From IMG/VR virus record IMGVR_UViG_3300030433_003060, positions 1 to 26,779 of that record: DNA of 26,779 bases, one strand, 5' to 3'. Origin of the DNA: a virus (taxonomy: Duplodnaviria; Caudoviricetes). The position numbers were made by a program, and so were the translations under genes. Under the pieces are notes generated by a model. It saw nothing but the letters and a program-made list of their open reading frames with translations. It did no database searches and was not told where the DNA came from. Numbering within the stretch: the stretch's first letter is position 1; each line of letters begins with the position of its first letter. Shown piece after piece: positions 1 through 8,124 of the stretch.

Positions 1-1
1 C

Positions 2-1291
2 CCCGAGTATGACCCGAAGGCCTCGACCTCTATGTCACTCATCCGTGAGTACATGGATCAGCTGCTCTTCAAGGTTGTCCTCCCCATGGTTATGCGTGCG
101 GGCTGCGGTGCACGCTGGCTCGCTACGTTTGTGTCTCGCCGGCACTATGCATTCCACGCTATGGACGTAGAAGGGGGCAAAGCACGTGACCCCCGGTTCA
201 ACAAGTGGGATCGCATCATTATCCGATCGGAGTATCAAGATGAGCAAGGAAACCCCAAAAGCTGCTGGCCAGACATGTGGCCAGCAACAACAGCAGAACG
301 TGATCTCTTGGCAAAGCAAGATGAGCGTTTCAAAAAGTGCGTGTCACTCGAAGAGATCAAGGAAACCATTGGGGTTGCCAACTACCTCTCTGAGTACATG
401 GCTCAGCCTGGGCGGGGTGACGAAGTCTTCTTCCCGAACCTAGAAGAGGAGAAGCACGGATATTGGTTTGAGGAGCCTGATGAAGAGTTCGAAGTCGATC
501 CACATAGTTCCAACACCATAGTGTGTTGGCACACAAATGACGAGTTGCGGAAGCAAACCCTTGGTTCTCTTCTTGCGTCTTGTCGTTTGTTTATGGCGGT
601 TGATACCTCGTACACCTCCACAAAGGACTCAGACTCCAAGGTGTGCACCCTGATGGGTGTCAACAAAGATAACGAGTTGTTTGTGTTTGATATGTGGTCA
701 GCACAGTGTCAGCAGCAAAAGCTAATCGACGCCGTGTTGCAGATGGCCGACAAGTGGCGTTGCCCCACTGTTCACGTCGAAGGCATCAAAGAAGGACTTA
801 GTGTCTACGACACTCTTTATTCTATTGTCAGCACTCGAGCGTCGGACATGGCCAACGTCCAACACCTGCCCCGCATCAAGAAGTTCAACCCCGGCATGAC
901 TTCCAAGTCGGCAAAGATTGCCGCCCTCTTGCGTCGGTTTGACTACGGCAAGATCAAGATTCCTCTTCGTGATCGCAACCGTAAGCCATGGCGTGCGCTG
1001 GTGGATCAGATCGAGCAGTTCAACCCGGAAGCTCGTGACGGCGGTCTGCAGCACGACGACGAACTTGATACTGTTTCTATGTCTATGTATATCATTCGAG
1101 GCAAGCCTGGAAAGGCAGTCCAAGAACAATCAGAAGACATGTCTGTGATAGAGAAACTTCAACAAGGGGAAACCCGCGACCAACATGGAAACCCAATCCT
1201 GTTTGGTCTGCCCCTACAAAACCTATCGCTAGACGACTTGGCGCTTTTGATGCAGAGAAAGCAGGAGCCAGATGGAAGAAGCAAAGTCTGA
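2..1291 (+). CDS. terL: Terminase large subunit (5'-truncated; end of ATPase domain plus C-terminal nuclease domain)
   Basis: The frame is open from base 2 (PEYDPKASTS precedes the M at 32), consistent with the tail of a DDPE-type Walker B. It continues with WLATF (coupling-motif position), SEYMAQP, and RNase H/RuvC-like acidic motifs FMAVDTS...DSDSKV, VHVEG and HDDELD. It lies upstream of portal, scaffold and capsid genes. Confidence 0.92.
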   Translation, partial: PEYDPKASTSMSLIREYMDQLLFKVVLPMVMRAGCGARWLATFVSRRHYAFHAMDVEGGKARDPRFNKWDRIIIRSEYQDEQGNPKSCWPDMWPATTAERDLLAKQDERFKKCVSLEEIKETIGVANYLSEYMAQPGRGDEVFFPNLEEEKHGYWFEEPDEEFEVDPHSSNTIVCWHTNDELRKQTLGSLLASCRLFMAVDTSYTSTKDSDSKVCTLMGVNKDNELFVFDMWSAQCQQQKLIDAVLQMADKWRCPTVHVEGIKEGLSVYDTLYSIVSTRASDMANVQHLPRIKKFNPGMTSKSAKIAALLRRFDYGKIKIPLRDRNRKPWRALVDQIEQFNPEARDGGLQHDDELDTVSMSMYIIRGKPGKAVQEQSEDMSVIEKLQQGETRDQHGNPILFGLPLQNLSLDDLALLMQRKQEPDGRSKV

Positions 1292-1544
1292 ACTACAAAT
1301 CCACCCCAACCATGTGGTGGTGCCTCTTGCGTTCTTTGAGCGTGTAATGGAGGTCTATTACAGCATAAAAGGTGCAGAGGTGGTTGGGGCTCCTATGCGG
1401 CAAAAAGCCCCCCTACAAAGTCCTGCCTCTTATAGACCGCAGGAGGATCTGAATTTACCTAGCGTAGAGGCCGTTCGTACTTACGTGCCTCCTGGTTACG
1501 TCCCTCGAGGGGCGGCAGCGAATACGGACAAGGACGATGCCTGA
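1272..1544 (+). CDS. Hypothetical protein (90 aa) between terminase and portal
   Basis: AGGAG just upstream of the ATG; overlaps both the terL stop and the portal start and fills the gap exactly. Confidence 0.75.
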   Translation: MEEAKSELQIHPNHVVVPLAFFERVMEVYYSIKGAEVVGAPMRQKAPLQSPASYRPQEDLNLPSVEAVRTYVPPGYVPRGAAANTDKDDA

Positions 1545-3558
1545 GGATACCTACACACTAACCAAGGATAAGGCCTCTCTCTGTCAGGTCATCGACCGAC
1601 ACATTGAGAGAGAAGAAGCCAACCACTCCTATCGGTACACGATGTGGTCTTTGGCGTGGTACTACCTCAACGGCGCTCGTCGCTTCGACGTATTTGATCC
1701 TGAGACTGGAATGCTCCAGCCTCACCACCTCGACGAGGACGGGAACATGGAGTTCCAGAGCCAGGAACTTCTGTCAGCGATTGACCGGGTTGTCGGCGTC
1801 CTGTCTGCGATGGACGTGCGCCCAAAGATTCTTAGGTCAGGATCGTCTCTTTCTCAGGTGCGCGATCGCTCTATCGCTCAAGTCATCGCAGACGCCATGG
1901 TTTCACGAGACCGGGCAGAGGAGACCCTCACGGAGTTTGCCCACATCCTTGCGACTTGCGGATGTTGCGGCATTGCAGGACACGTGGTCGACTCCCCCAC
2001 AGTCGGCTTGACTGCAGACCTTGAAGTGGTTCACCCTCGAGAGCTGTACGCGTTCCCTTCACTGGGACACGATCACACCAAACAGCGCGGTCTGATTCGT
2101 GAGCGCATTGTGCCCATGAGCTATCTGGTAGAGAAGTTCGGGCGCAGAATCAAGACAAACAAAGAGAAGTTGTTCTACTTCTCGGTTGAAGCAGGGGCTG
2201 CTCCGCAGGACGACTCGGACTACGCAGACCGTCTTAGCAATACCACAGGAGGTCTTCGCTACAGCGGAGGCAGTGGATACACCGGTCAGGGCGGTGACCC
2301 GACCGAAACACAATACGAGCTGGTTCGTATTCGTGAACTCTGGATGCTTGGCCATCGCAACACCGTAACTCGGTATGCCGTCACCTCCGGAGACTATGTA
2401 ATCACCGACGAGGAATACACCGATGTTGAGGTGTACTGCCCAATCGGGGTGGCTAGATTTATTGAGACAGGGTCTTTCTACGGCGCTGGTCTGTTTGATC
2501 TGCTGTTCTCGATTAGCCGAGAGATGGAGAAGCTGCTCAAGGCTCTCTTCAATAACATCCGCGATATCGACCAATACGGGATTCTTGTACTGCCCCAAGG
2601 ACAGTTCAACGAACGTGCTGCACTACGGGATGTCGGACGAGGACTTCGTGTTCTCCCTTACGAACCCGATGCAATCGACCCTGGCTTCCGACCGTTCAAC
2701 ATCGCACCTGTAAACTCCGGCGATCTCCCCGGCAAGACCGCGCAGTATGCCAAACAGTTGATGGATCAGATCAACCCCTTCCGCGACCTCGTCGCCAACA
2801 AGGGTCGAGTCGACAGTGCTGCGGGGCTTGGCTTCCTCGATGAGAAGAACCGCCAGCTGATGATGACCCCCATGCGGTCTATTGAGAAGGCGTTCTCTCA
2901 AAGCCACCGAGCAATGTTGACCCAAGCCTCTCGAGCACTTGCACTTAGCCGAAGAGCTATCCCCGTCAACAACCTCACTCTTGACCTCGCAGGCGCAGTT
3001 ATCGACAACGAGTCTGGTTTTGTGTCGTTTGCCGACAACCCCCTGCCGACCATCGCCAACCTCGGAATCACCATCAAAGAGACCAATCCCCGGTCTGAGG
3101 TAGCTCGGAAGCAGGAGGCACTGCAACTCTATGCTGCACCTGGGTTTGGAGACCCGATACGCCTAATGCTGCTTTCTTTGCAGGAAGGCCTGGACTTCGC
3201 TATCTATATGGAGGAGGAAAGAGCAGCGTACGAGATGGTGGTTAAAAACTGCCTGATGCTCTACGGAAACGGGGAGTCTCCAGGCGAGATCATTTTGACC
3301 CCTCACACAGCACTACCAAACTTGCAGCTTCGGGTTCTAACATCTTTCATGGCCGGACCCCAGATGGCCATGGCAGACCCGTCAGTTCAAGACGAGTTTA
3401 TGAAGTACAAACAGTTCCTCCAGCAGGGACTAGGAAACATCCTACCGGAAGGCGTGCCGCTGCCTGAAGAAGCGGCGATGAAGCGTATGCAACAACAAGG
3501 GCGACCAATGCCCAGACCACAACAACAGCCCCAAATGGCAGGAGCTAGACAACAATGA
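1537..3558 (+). CDS. Portal protein (673 aa, podovirus/P22-like size)
   Basis: Position between terL and scaffold/capsid, size, helical N-terminus with WYYLNG, GSFYGAGL segment followed by a long helix, and a Q/P-rich low-complexity C-terminus as in many podoviral portals. Confidence 0.88.
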   Translation: MPEDTYTLTKDKASLCQVIDRHIEREEANHSYRYTMWSLAWYYLNGARRFDVFDPETGMLQPHHLDEDGNMEFQSQELLSAIDRVVGVLSAMDVRPKILRSGSSLSQVRDRSIAQVIADAMVSRDRAEETLTEFAHILATCGCCGIAGHVVDSPTVGLTADLEVVHPRELYAFPSLGHDHTKQRGLIRERIVPMSYLVEKFGRRIKTNKEKLFYFSVEAGAAPQDDSDYADRLSNTTGGLRYSGGSGYTGQGGDPTETQYELVRIRELWMLGHRNTVTRYAVTSGDYVITDEEYTDVEVYCPIGVARFIETGSFYGAGLFDLLFSISREMEKLLKALFNNIRDIDQYGILVLPQGQFNERAALRDVGRGLRVLPYEPDAIDPGFRPFNIAPVNSGDLPGKTAQYAKQLMDQINPFRDLVANKGRVDSAAGLGFLDEKNRQLMMTPMRSIEKAFSQSHRAMLTQASRALALSRRAIPVNNLTLDLAGAVIDNESGFVSFADNPLPTIANLGITIKETNPRSEVARKQEALQLYAAPGFGDPIRLMLLSLQEGLDFAIYMEEERAAYEMVVKNCLMLYGNGESPGEIILTPHTALPNLQLRVLTSFMAGPQMAMADPSVQDEFMKYKQFLQQGLGNILPEGVPLPEEAAMKRMQQQGRPMPRPQQQPQMAGARQQ

Positions 3559-4478
3559 GTGAAGAAGCAACTCCAACCGAAACCCCTACAGAGGCACCTG
3601 CTCCTGTAGAGACTCCACAACAGGAGCAACCTCAAGCAGAAGAATCTGCGCCTGAGGTGAACTTAGACCAGAAGGTCACAATCGACGGAGAAACTTACAC
3701 CGCAGCCCAGATGGCTCAAACCATTCGGGAAAACCAAAACCTTCGTGAGTACCAAGAAGCCGCGTCGAACTTGATGCGGCAACAAGGCGAACTTAACACA
3801 GAACGAGAAGCAGACCTTCGATACGTAATGACGTACGAAGGCTATACCCCAGAACAAATCGAAGAATATATCGGAAGCATGAGAGGTCAGAATATGCCTC
3901 AGGACCAACAAGGCCAACCACAACAGGCCCCGCAGGAAGATCCTCGGGTAGACCAACTCAACCAAAGACTCGAACAGGTTGAAGAGCGAGAGAAGCAACT
4001 TAGGCTTGAAGCTCTTCAAGGCAAATTGTCAAACGCAGTCTCAGCCGTAACGTCTCAAGATTCCCTTGCCTCTATCAGCAACGCTTTCAAGCGTGTTCAT
4101 GGAGACGAGGGACACTCTGAGCGTATGGCAGTGATTAGTGAAGATGTCCAACGTGAAACCCTTAGCCAGCTCCGCAAGGTGCGGGCAGCAGGAGGGGAGA
4201 TCAACGACAGCACTATCAAGACTGCTTCAGAGACGGCGGCGAAGTCCGTCGCAGATAGATACCGGACGGTAATCGGAGACCCCGACAAACTTGGTCGGGC
4301 TCCGGAAACAGCTGCTGGTCAAACCGCGTTTTACCAAAAGAAACCCGTCGAACTGCCTAAGTTCGAGCCAGGAAAGGACACTACCGGAACCGTCTACGAC
4401 AAAGCCCGGAAGTTTGCCGAAGACTCCTTGCTCGATATTGCAGCAGATGTTTCGACGGGAGGAAACACCAAGCTGTAA
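3555..4478 (+). CDS. Capsid scaffolding protein (307 aa)
   Basis: Acidic E/P/T/Q-rich disordered N-terminus, coiled-coil middle (LNQRLEQVEEREKQLRLEALQ), between portal and capsid; ATGA overlap and GGAG upstream. Confidence 0.8.
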   Translation: MSEEATPTETPTEAPAPVETPQQEQPQAEESAPEVNLDQKVTIDGETYTAAQMAQTIRENQNLREYQEAASNLMRQQGELNTEREADLRYVMTYEGYTPEQIEEYIGSMRGQNMPQDQQGQPQQAPQEDPRVDQLNQRLEQVEEREKQLRLEALQGKLSNAVSAVTSQDSLASISNAFKRVHGDEGHSERMAVISEDVQRETLSQLRKVRAAGGEINDSTIKTASETAAKSVADRYRTVIGDPDKLGRAPETAAGQTAFYQKKPVELPKFEPGKDTTGTVYDKARKFAEDSLLDIAADVSTGGNTKL

Positions 4479-4479
4479 A

Positions 4480-4484
4480 AGGAG
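4480..4484 (+). promoter_or_regulatory. Shine-Dalgarno site of the major capsid gene
   Basis: AGGAG 10 nt before ATG 4495 in the intergenic spacer. Confidence 0.75.
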
Positions 4485-4494
4485 ATAGGCGAAA

Positions 4495-6135
4495 ATGCCT
4501 GCTTTGATTTCATCCGGTCAACTTTTCAATACGCACGTTGAGCGTATCGAAGATGTGATCAACAAAAACATCGACATCATGCTTCCAGGGGTGGACCCCA
4601 TCTGGGAGAACATGGTTACCAGCTCGATGGGCGTCGGTCCCGTGGACGCCCTTGGCCGTGAATACAAGATCCTCAAGGTCTTTATGGGCGGTCTGACCGG
4701 TATCTTCGAACAAGGTCGTAGCCGTAATGACTTCGCCCTGTTCGGTGATGCTACCGACGAAACCTTTGGCGACCGCTTGTTCCAGCAACAAGTCACCCAA
4801 AGCTTCCCTGATGCTCTTGACGGCATGAACCAGAAGCCTTACCGCTTCGGTCTGCCTATGCGCACCATGGTGGCCAACATTGCATTCACCCTTGGTGAAC
4901 TGCAAGCTGAAGCTTCGCCGGCATTCATCGGTCAGATCGTTGCTCCGAAGCTCGAAGGCTTCTCCCGCAACATCGCTCAGACTTTGTGTAACTCGTGGTA
5001 CACCTCGCAGAACGACGGTTACGTCCTCTCGTCAGTGACCTCGAAGTCCACCTCTGGCTCAGGTCCTTACTACCTTGAGTTTGAGCCTGGCAACAAAGCC
5101 ATCGACCGATTCATGGTCGGCCAGCAACTCGACATCTACGAAGACTCATCGGGCTCCGCTATCGGCCAAGCCCGCCGTAATGAGTCTGCCGGCGTTCGAC
5201 AAGTGGTGGTTGTGGATTTCGTTGACGAAATCACCAACACTGTGCGTCTCGTCTCCAACGTGGATGCATTCTCTAGCGTAGTGAATACCGACGTGATTGT
5301 TCACGCCAACAGCCACTACACCGATTCCGGCGCTAAGTTTACCAACATCGCCGGTATCAACTCGTTCCTTAAGGGTGGCGACAGCTCCGCTAGCTCCACC
5401 ATGTTCAACACCCTTCTTGGTACCGTTGGTGGTTCTGCATCTGCAGCAGCCGCTGGTGAATCCATCTTTGGTGAAGACATCAATGTGAACGAACGTCCCG
5501 AGCACAAGTCGCTCTTCCGCAACTTGAACAGCTCTCTTCTCACCGAGCACACGCTCCGTCAAATCCTCCGCCGCTTCCACGCTGCGAAGGCCAAGCACGG
5601 TCAAACCATCGACACCCTCGTGGCGTCCGACGGTGTGTGGTTGGGTTACGAGTCCACCAAGATTGGCCGCGAGATCCTCGACCGTACGGGTCGTCTCTCC
5701 TCGCTCGCCACTCAAGGTTCTGAAGGCGGTAGCGCTGGTGGTGCAAACGACCAGTTCAACTCCGGCTTCAACTTCACGATGGATGGTAAGTCCTACACGG
5801 GCTACACCTCCTGCTACGTGGAAGAAGGAACCATGTACGGGCTCAAGATGGGCGGCGGCAACTACAAGAAGTACGTGCCACCAAGCATCTCAGGAACCTC
5901 GAGCTTCGATCAAGGCCCAGCCTTCGCTCCGTTCGAGTTTGTGGCGGGTGCTCTGACCGGTACTGGTACCAACCAGTTGCCGATCTACACCAACGCAGGC
6001 GGTAGAAACTTCGTCACCGAAGCTTCTCAAATGCCTGGTTACCTGCGCATGCAGGTCTGCCCCGATCAGTTTGCCGGACTTAAGGTGGTCGGCATTACTG
6101 AAGACCGTATCTACGGTCAAGATCAGACCGTCTAA
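4495..6135 (+). CDS. Major capsid protein (546 aa, presumed HK97 fold with insertions)
   Basis: Follows the scaffold, has a strong RBS, C-ending codon bias, double stop TAATAA and a downstream terminator. Long spine-helix-like segment FIGQIVAPKLEGFSRNIAQTLCNSWY. Confidence 0.88.
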   Translation: MPALISSGQLFNTHVERIEDVINKNIDIMLPGVDPIWENMVTSSMGVGPVDALGREYKILKVFMGGLTGIFEQGRSRNDFALFGDATDETFGDRLFQQQVTQSFPDALDGMNQKPYRFGLPMRTMVANIAFTLGELQAEASPAFIGQIVAPKLEGFSRNIAQTLCNSWYTSQNDGYVLSSVTSKSTSGSGPYYLEFEPGNKAIDRFMVGQQLDIYEDSSGSAIGQARRNESAGVRQVVVVDFVDEITNTVRLVSNVDAFSSVVNTDVIVHANSHYTDSGAKFTNIAGINSFLKGGDSSASSTMFNTLLGTVGGSASAAAAGESIFGEDINVNERPEHKSLFRNLNSSLLTEHTLRQILRRFHAAKAKHGQTIDTLVASDGVWLGYESTKIGREILDRTGRLSSLATQGSEGGSAGGANDQFNSGFNFTMDGKSYTGYTSCYVEEGTMYGLKMGGGNYKKYVPPSISGTSSFDQGPAFAPFEFVAGALTGTGTNQLPIYTNAGGRNFVTEASQMPGYLRMQVCPDQFAGLKVVGITEDRIYGQDQTV

Positions 6136-6154
6136 TAAGGTCTCCTGCCTTTCG

Positions 6155-6189
6155 GGCCCCCCTGCCTTTCGCGGGTGGGGGGGTCTTTT
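6155..6189 (+). terminator. Rho-independent terminator after the capsid gene
   Basis: 13-bp stem GGCCCCCCTGCCT (6155-6167) / GGGTGGGGGGGTC (6173-6185) with 4 G-U pairs, loop TTCGC, then TTTT (6186-6189). Confidence 0.8.
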
Positions 6190-6203
6190 GCTAGAGTAGC
6201 GAC

Positions 6204-6707
6204 ATGTTGAATAACGACGGACTAGAAATGGATGAACGCCACTTCGTCTTGCCGGACGGAGAGTGGATTAGATGGGCTCGACGGACTGTTAAGATCCCTG
6301 AGCTATTCTTGTATTACCATCGGGAGTACGGCAGTTTTGTTTTGGCAGCATGGCGAAACCAGAACCAACGCAGGTGCGTAGAGCTTCACGTACAAAACGA
6401 GCCCTTTGACCGCAAACCACTAGACCAGAACTTCCTTGAGCTTCTGTGCATGCCTATCGACGAGAAGATGGCACGCATGAAGCGTAAGTCTCGTGAGGCT
6501 AGAGCAGAAAGACACGCAGGTGCTCTTGAGTCCTCCGAGGAGAAGAAGGACATGCTTAAGTGGACGAAGCAGAAGGGCTTGGATGAAAGCCACAGAAACC
6601 TTGCAACCTCCCCGTTTGTGGGAGCACGTCAGGGCGGAGAGACGTTAGAGAGCACCAGAGACGCACTGAAGGACATGACGTCCGGAAAGATCTACAGCCA
6701 TGCATAG
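6204..6707 (+). CDS. Hypothetical protein (167 aa)
   Basis: Fills the gap after the terminator and overlaps the next start by 8 nt; globular N-terminal half and charged helical C-terminal half. The start could instead be the ATG at 6228. Confidence 0.75.
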   Translation: MLNNDGLEMDERHFVLPDGEWIRWARRTVKIPELFLYYHREYGSFVLAAWRNQNQRRCVELHVQNEPFDRKPLDQNFLELLCMPIDEKMARMKRKSREARAERHAGALESSEEKKDMLKWTKQKGLDESHRNLATSPFVGARQGGETLESTRDALKDMTSGKIYSHA

Positions 6708-7638
6708 TACCGGGTCCTTTTTGTTCTCAGTCATTGAGCGTGTCCGGGGCTACCTTGACGAGCCGTCGTCCAAGTACAGCAACGACTTTCTTGTCCGCAA
6801 CGTCATTATGCCGGAGATGGTCAACGTCCTGTCTCGCCTGTCGTTGAACTTTGACAATCCCGTTGTTGTTCGACACGCAATCTCTTTGGTGTCGGGAACC
6901 GAGTACTACCAGCTGCCTCCCAACGTAGGTGAGATCTTCCGTCTTGTTCAGATGAACAGCGACAACATTATTACCGCAGACTACAAACCTGAAGGCCAGT
7001 TCCACCCGTCCGGACCTAACTGGTCGCTTGAAGGCAACCTTCTTTCTGTGCGTCCAAAGCCAGACAAAAACCTTAGCCTCCACCTCTTCTACATTCCTAA
7101 CGGCGACTTTCTCCCCCACTACAACCAAGGGAATGGCCAGCTCTCTGCAGACCGCAAGACGCTTACCCTCTGTTTGCCATCGCAGGTAGCCGTGGGTGCA
7201 ATCGACCGTCGACCGAACTCCTACGTCGGAGCGACCCTGCGTCTGCTGAAGAACACTGCAGGCAACGCAACCGTGGTTGAGGAGCGAGTGATCGACTCCC
7301 ACACCTTGGCAGCAACCGACGCCGGCGACGACCAAGTGACTGTGCGTGTTGCGTTCGACACTTCGGCGTATGGATCCAAAACAGACATCCACTACGAGAT
7401 CGTGCCTCAAGGATTCCAGTCGTTGATGCAGGCGGTCTCCGCTGCAGCAGCCATCAACCTCGGCGTCATGAAGGATGTATCGGCCAAGAAGATGCAGTTC
7501 CTGCAACTTGAGTACCGCAAGGCGCTGAAGACTATCGGTGACAACCTGTCCTACATGCAGATGCGCAGCCCCAAGAAGTTCCAAAAGAACACTGTGGACA
7601 ATCAGGATCGCCACATCTACAGTCTTGGAATGGAGTAA
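6700..7638 (+). CDS. Putative head-tail adaptor (tail tubular protein A-like, 312 aa) with an inserted beta domain
   Basis: N-terminal helix VIERVRGYLDE, EYYQLPPN (Y-x-LP motif typical of adaptors), LSVRPKPD, C-terminal helices, and position after the capsid gene. Confidence 0.7.
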   Translation: MHSTGSFLFSVIERVRGYLDEPSSKYSNDFLVRNVIMPEMVNVLSRLSLNFDNPVVVRHAISLVSGTEYYQLPPNVGEIFRLVQMNSDNIITADYKPEGQFHPSGPNWSLEGNLLSVRPKPDKNLSLHLFYIPNGDFLPHYNQGNGQLSADRKTLTLCLPSQVAVGAIDRRPNSYVGATLRLLKNTAGNATVVEERVIDSHTLAATDAGDDQVTVRVAFDTSAYGSKTDIHYEIVPQGFQSLMQAVSAAAAINLGVMKDVSAKKMQFLQLEYRKALKTIGDNLSYMQMRSPKKFQKNTVDNQDRHIYSLGME

Positions 7639-7641
7639 GAC

Positions 7642-8124
7642 ATGGGCTTCGGATCTCGAAACACTCAAGGATCTCAGGAAGAGCAGGACTACCAACTTGG
7701 TCAGTCCATGCTTCAAGGCAACCAAAACTTCGGGGTTCGAAACTTAGCTCAGGGGGTTCCTTACCTGATGTCCGGTACGCAGGAGGGACCGTTTGCTGAA
7801 AGCCTTGACTTGGGTGCGTTTCTCAATCAGATTCGAGGAGACGATGGAGAACAAGGACCCCAAGGTATTCAAGGGAATCGGGGACCTAGAGGAGAGAAGG
7901 GAGAGAAGGGAGACAAGGGAGAGCCAGGGGTGGACGGCACCAGCCCTGTTCCGACCAACTCTCTTCAAGTAGTTACCGACGTTAGCTACAACTCCAGCAA
8001 TGGCCAAATCACGATCCACAAGAAAAACATCTTGTTGATCGAAACCCCCACTAATCCCTCCTCTGAAGTTTCAAGTGACGGCACCTCTTACCTGGTGACC
8101 ACAGCGGCGGTCTGCACGCAGTGA
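7642..8124 (+). CDS. Collagen-like repeat protein (160 aa), probable short fibre or fibre anchor
   Basis: 12 consecutive Gly-X-Y triplets, beta-rich C-terminus (VVTDVSYN...), GGAG upstream of the ATG. Confidence 0.8.
   Translation: MGFGSRNTQGSQEEQDYQLGQSMLQGNQNFGVRNLAQGVPYLMSGTQEGPFAESLDLGAFLNQIRGDDGEQGPQGIQGNRGPRGEKGEKGDKGEPGVDGTSPVPTNSLQVVTDVSYNSSNGQITIHKKNILLIETPTNPSSEVSSDGTSYLVTTAAVCTQ
7837..7944 (+). repeat. Collagen (Gly-X-Y)12 coding repeat, including a 9-nt tandem GGAGA(G/C)AAG x3
   Basis: GDD GEQ GPQ GIQ GNR GPR GEK GEK GDK GEP GVD GTS read directly. Confidence 0.92.

Noticed and set aside
6727-7725. 332-aa minus-strand ORF, and other long antisense ORFs (2059-2598, 5146-5715, 13296-13955, 17187-17972, 18163-18792)
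   Set aside because: They lie entirely opposite well-supported + strand genes and show no motifs; best explained as shadows of codon bias.
8079-8124. Possible -1 frameshift fusing the collagen protein to the Cys-rich protein
   Set aside because: The Cys-rich frame is closed by TGA at 8076 and the shared window has no slippery heptamer; GTGA coupling suffices.
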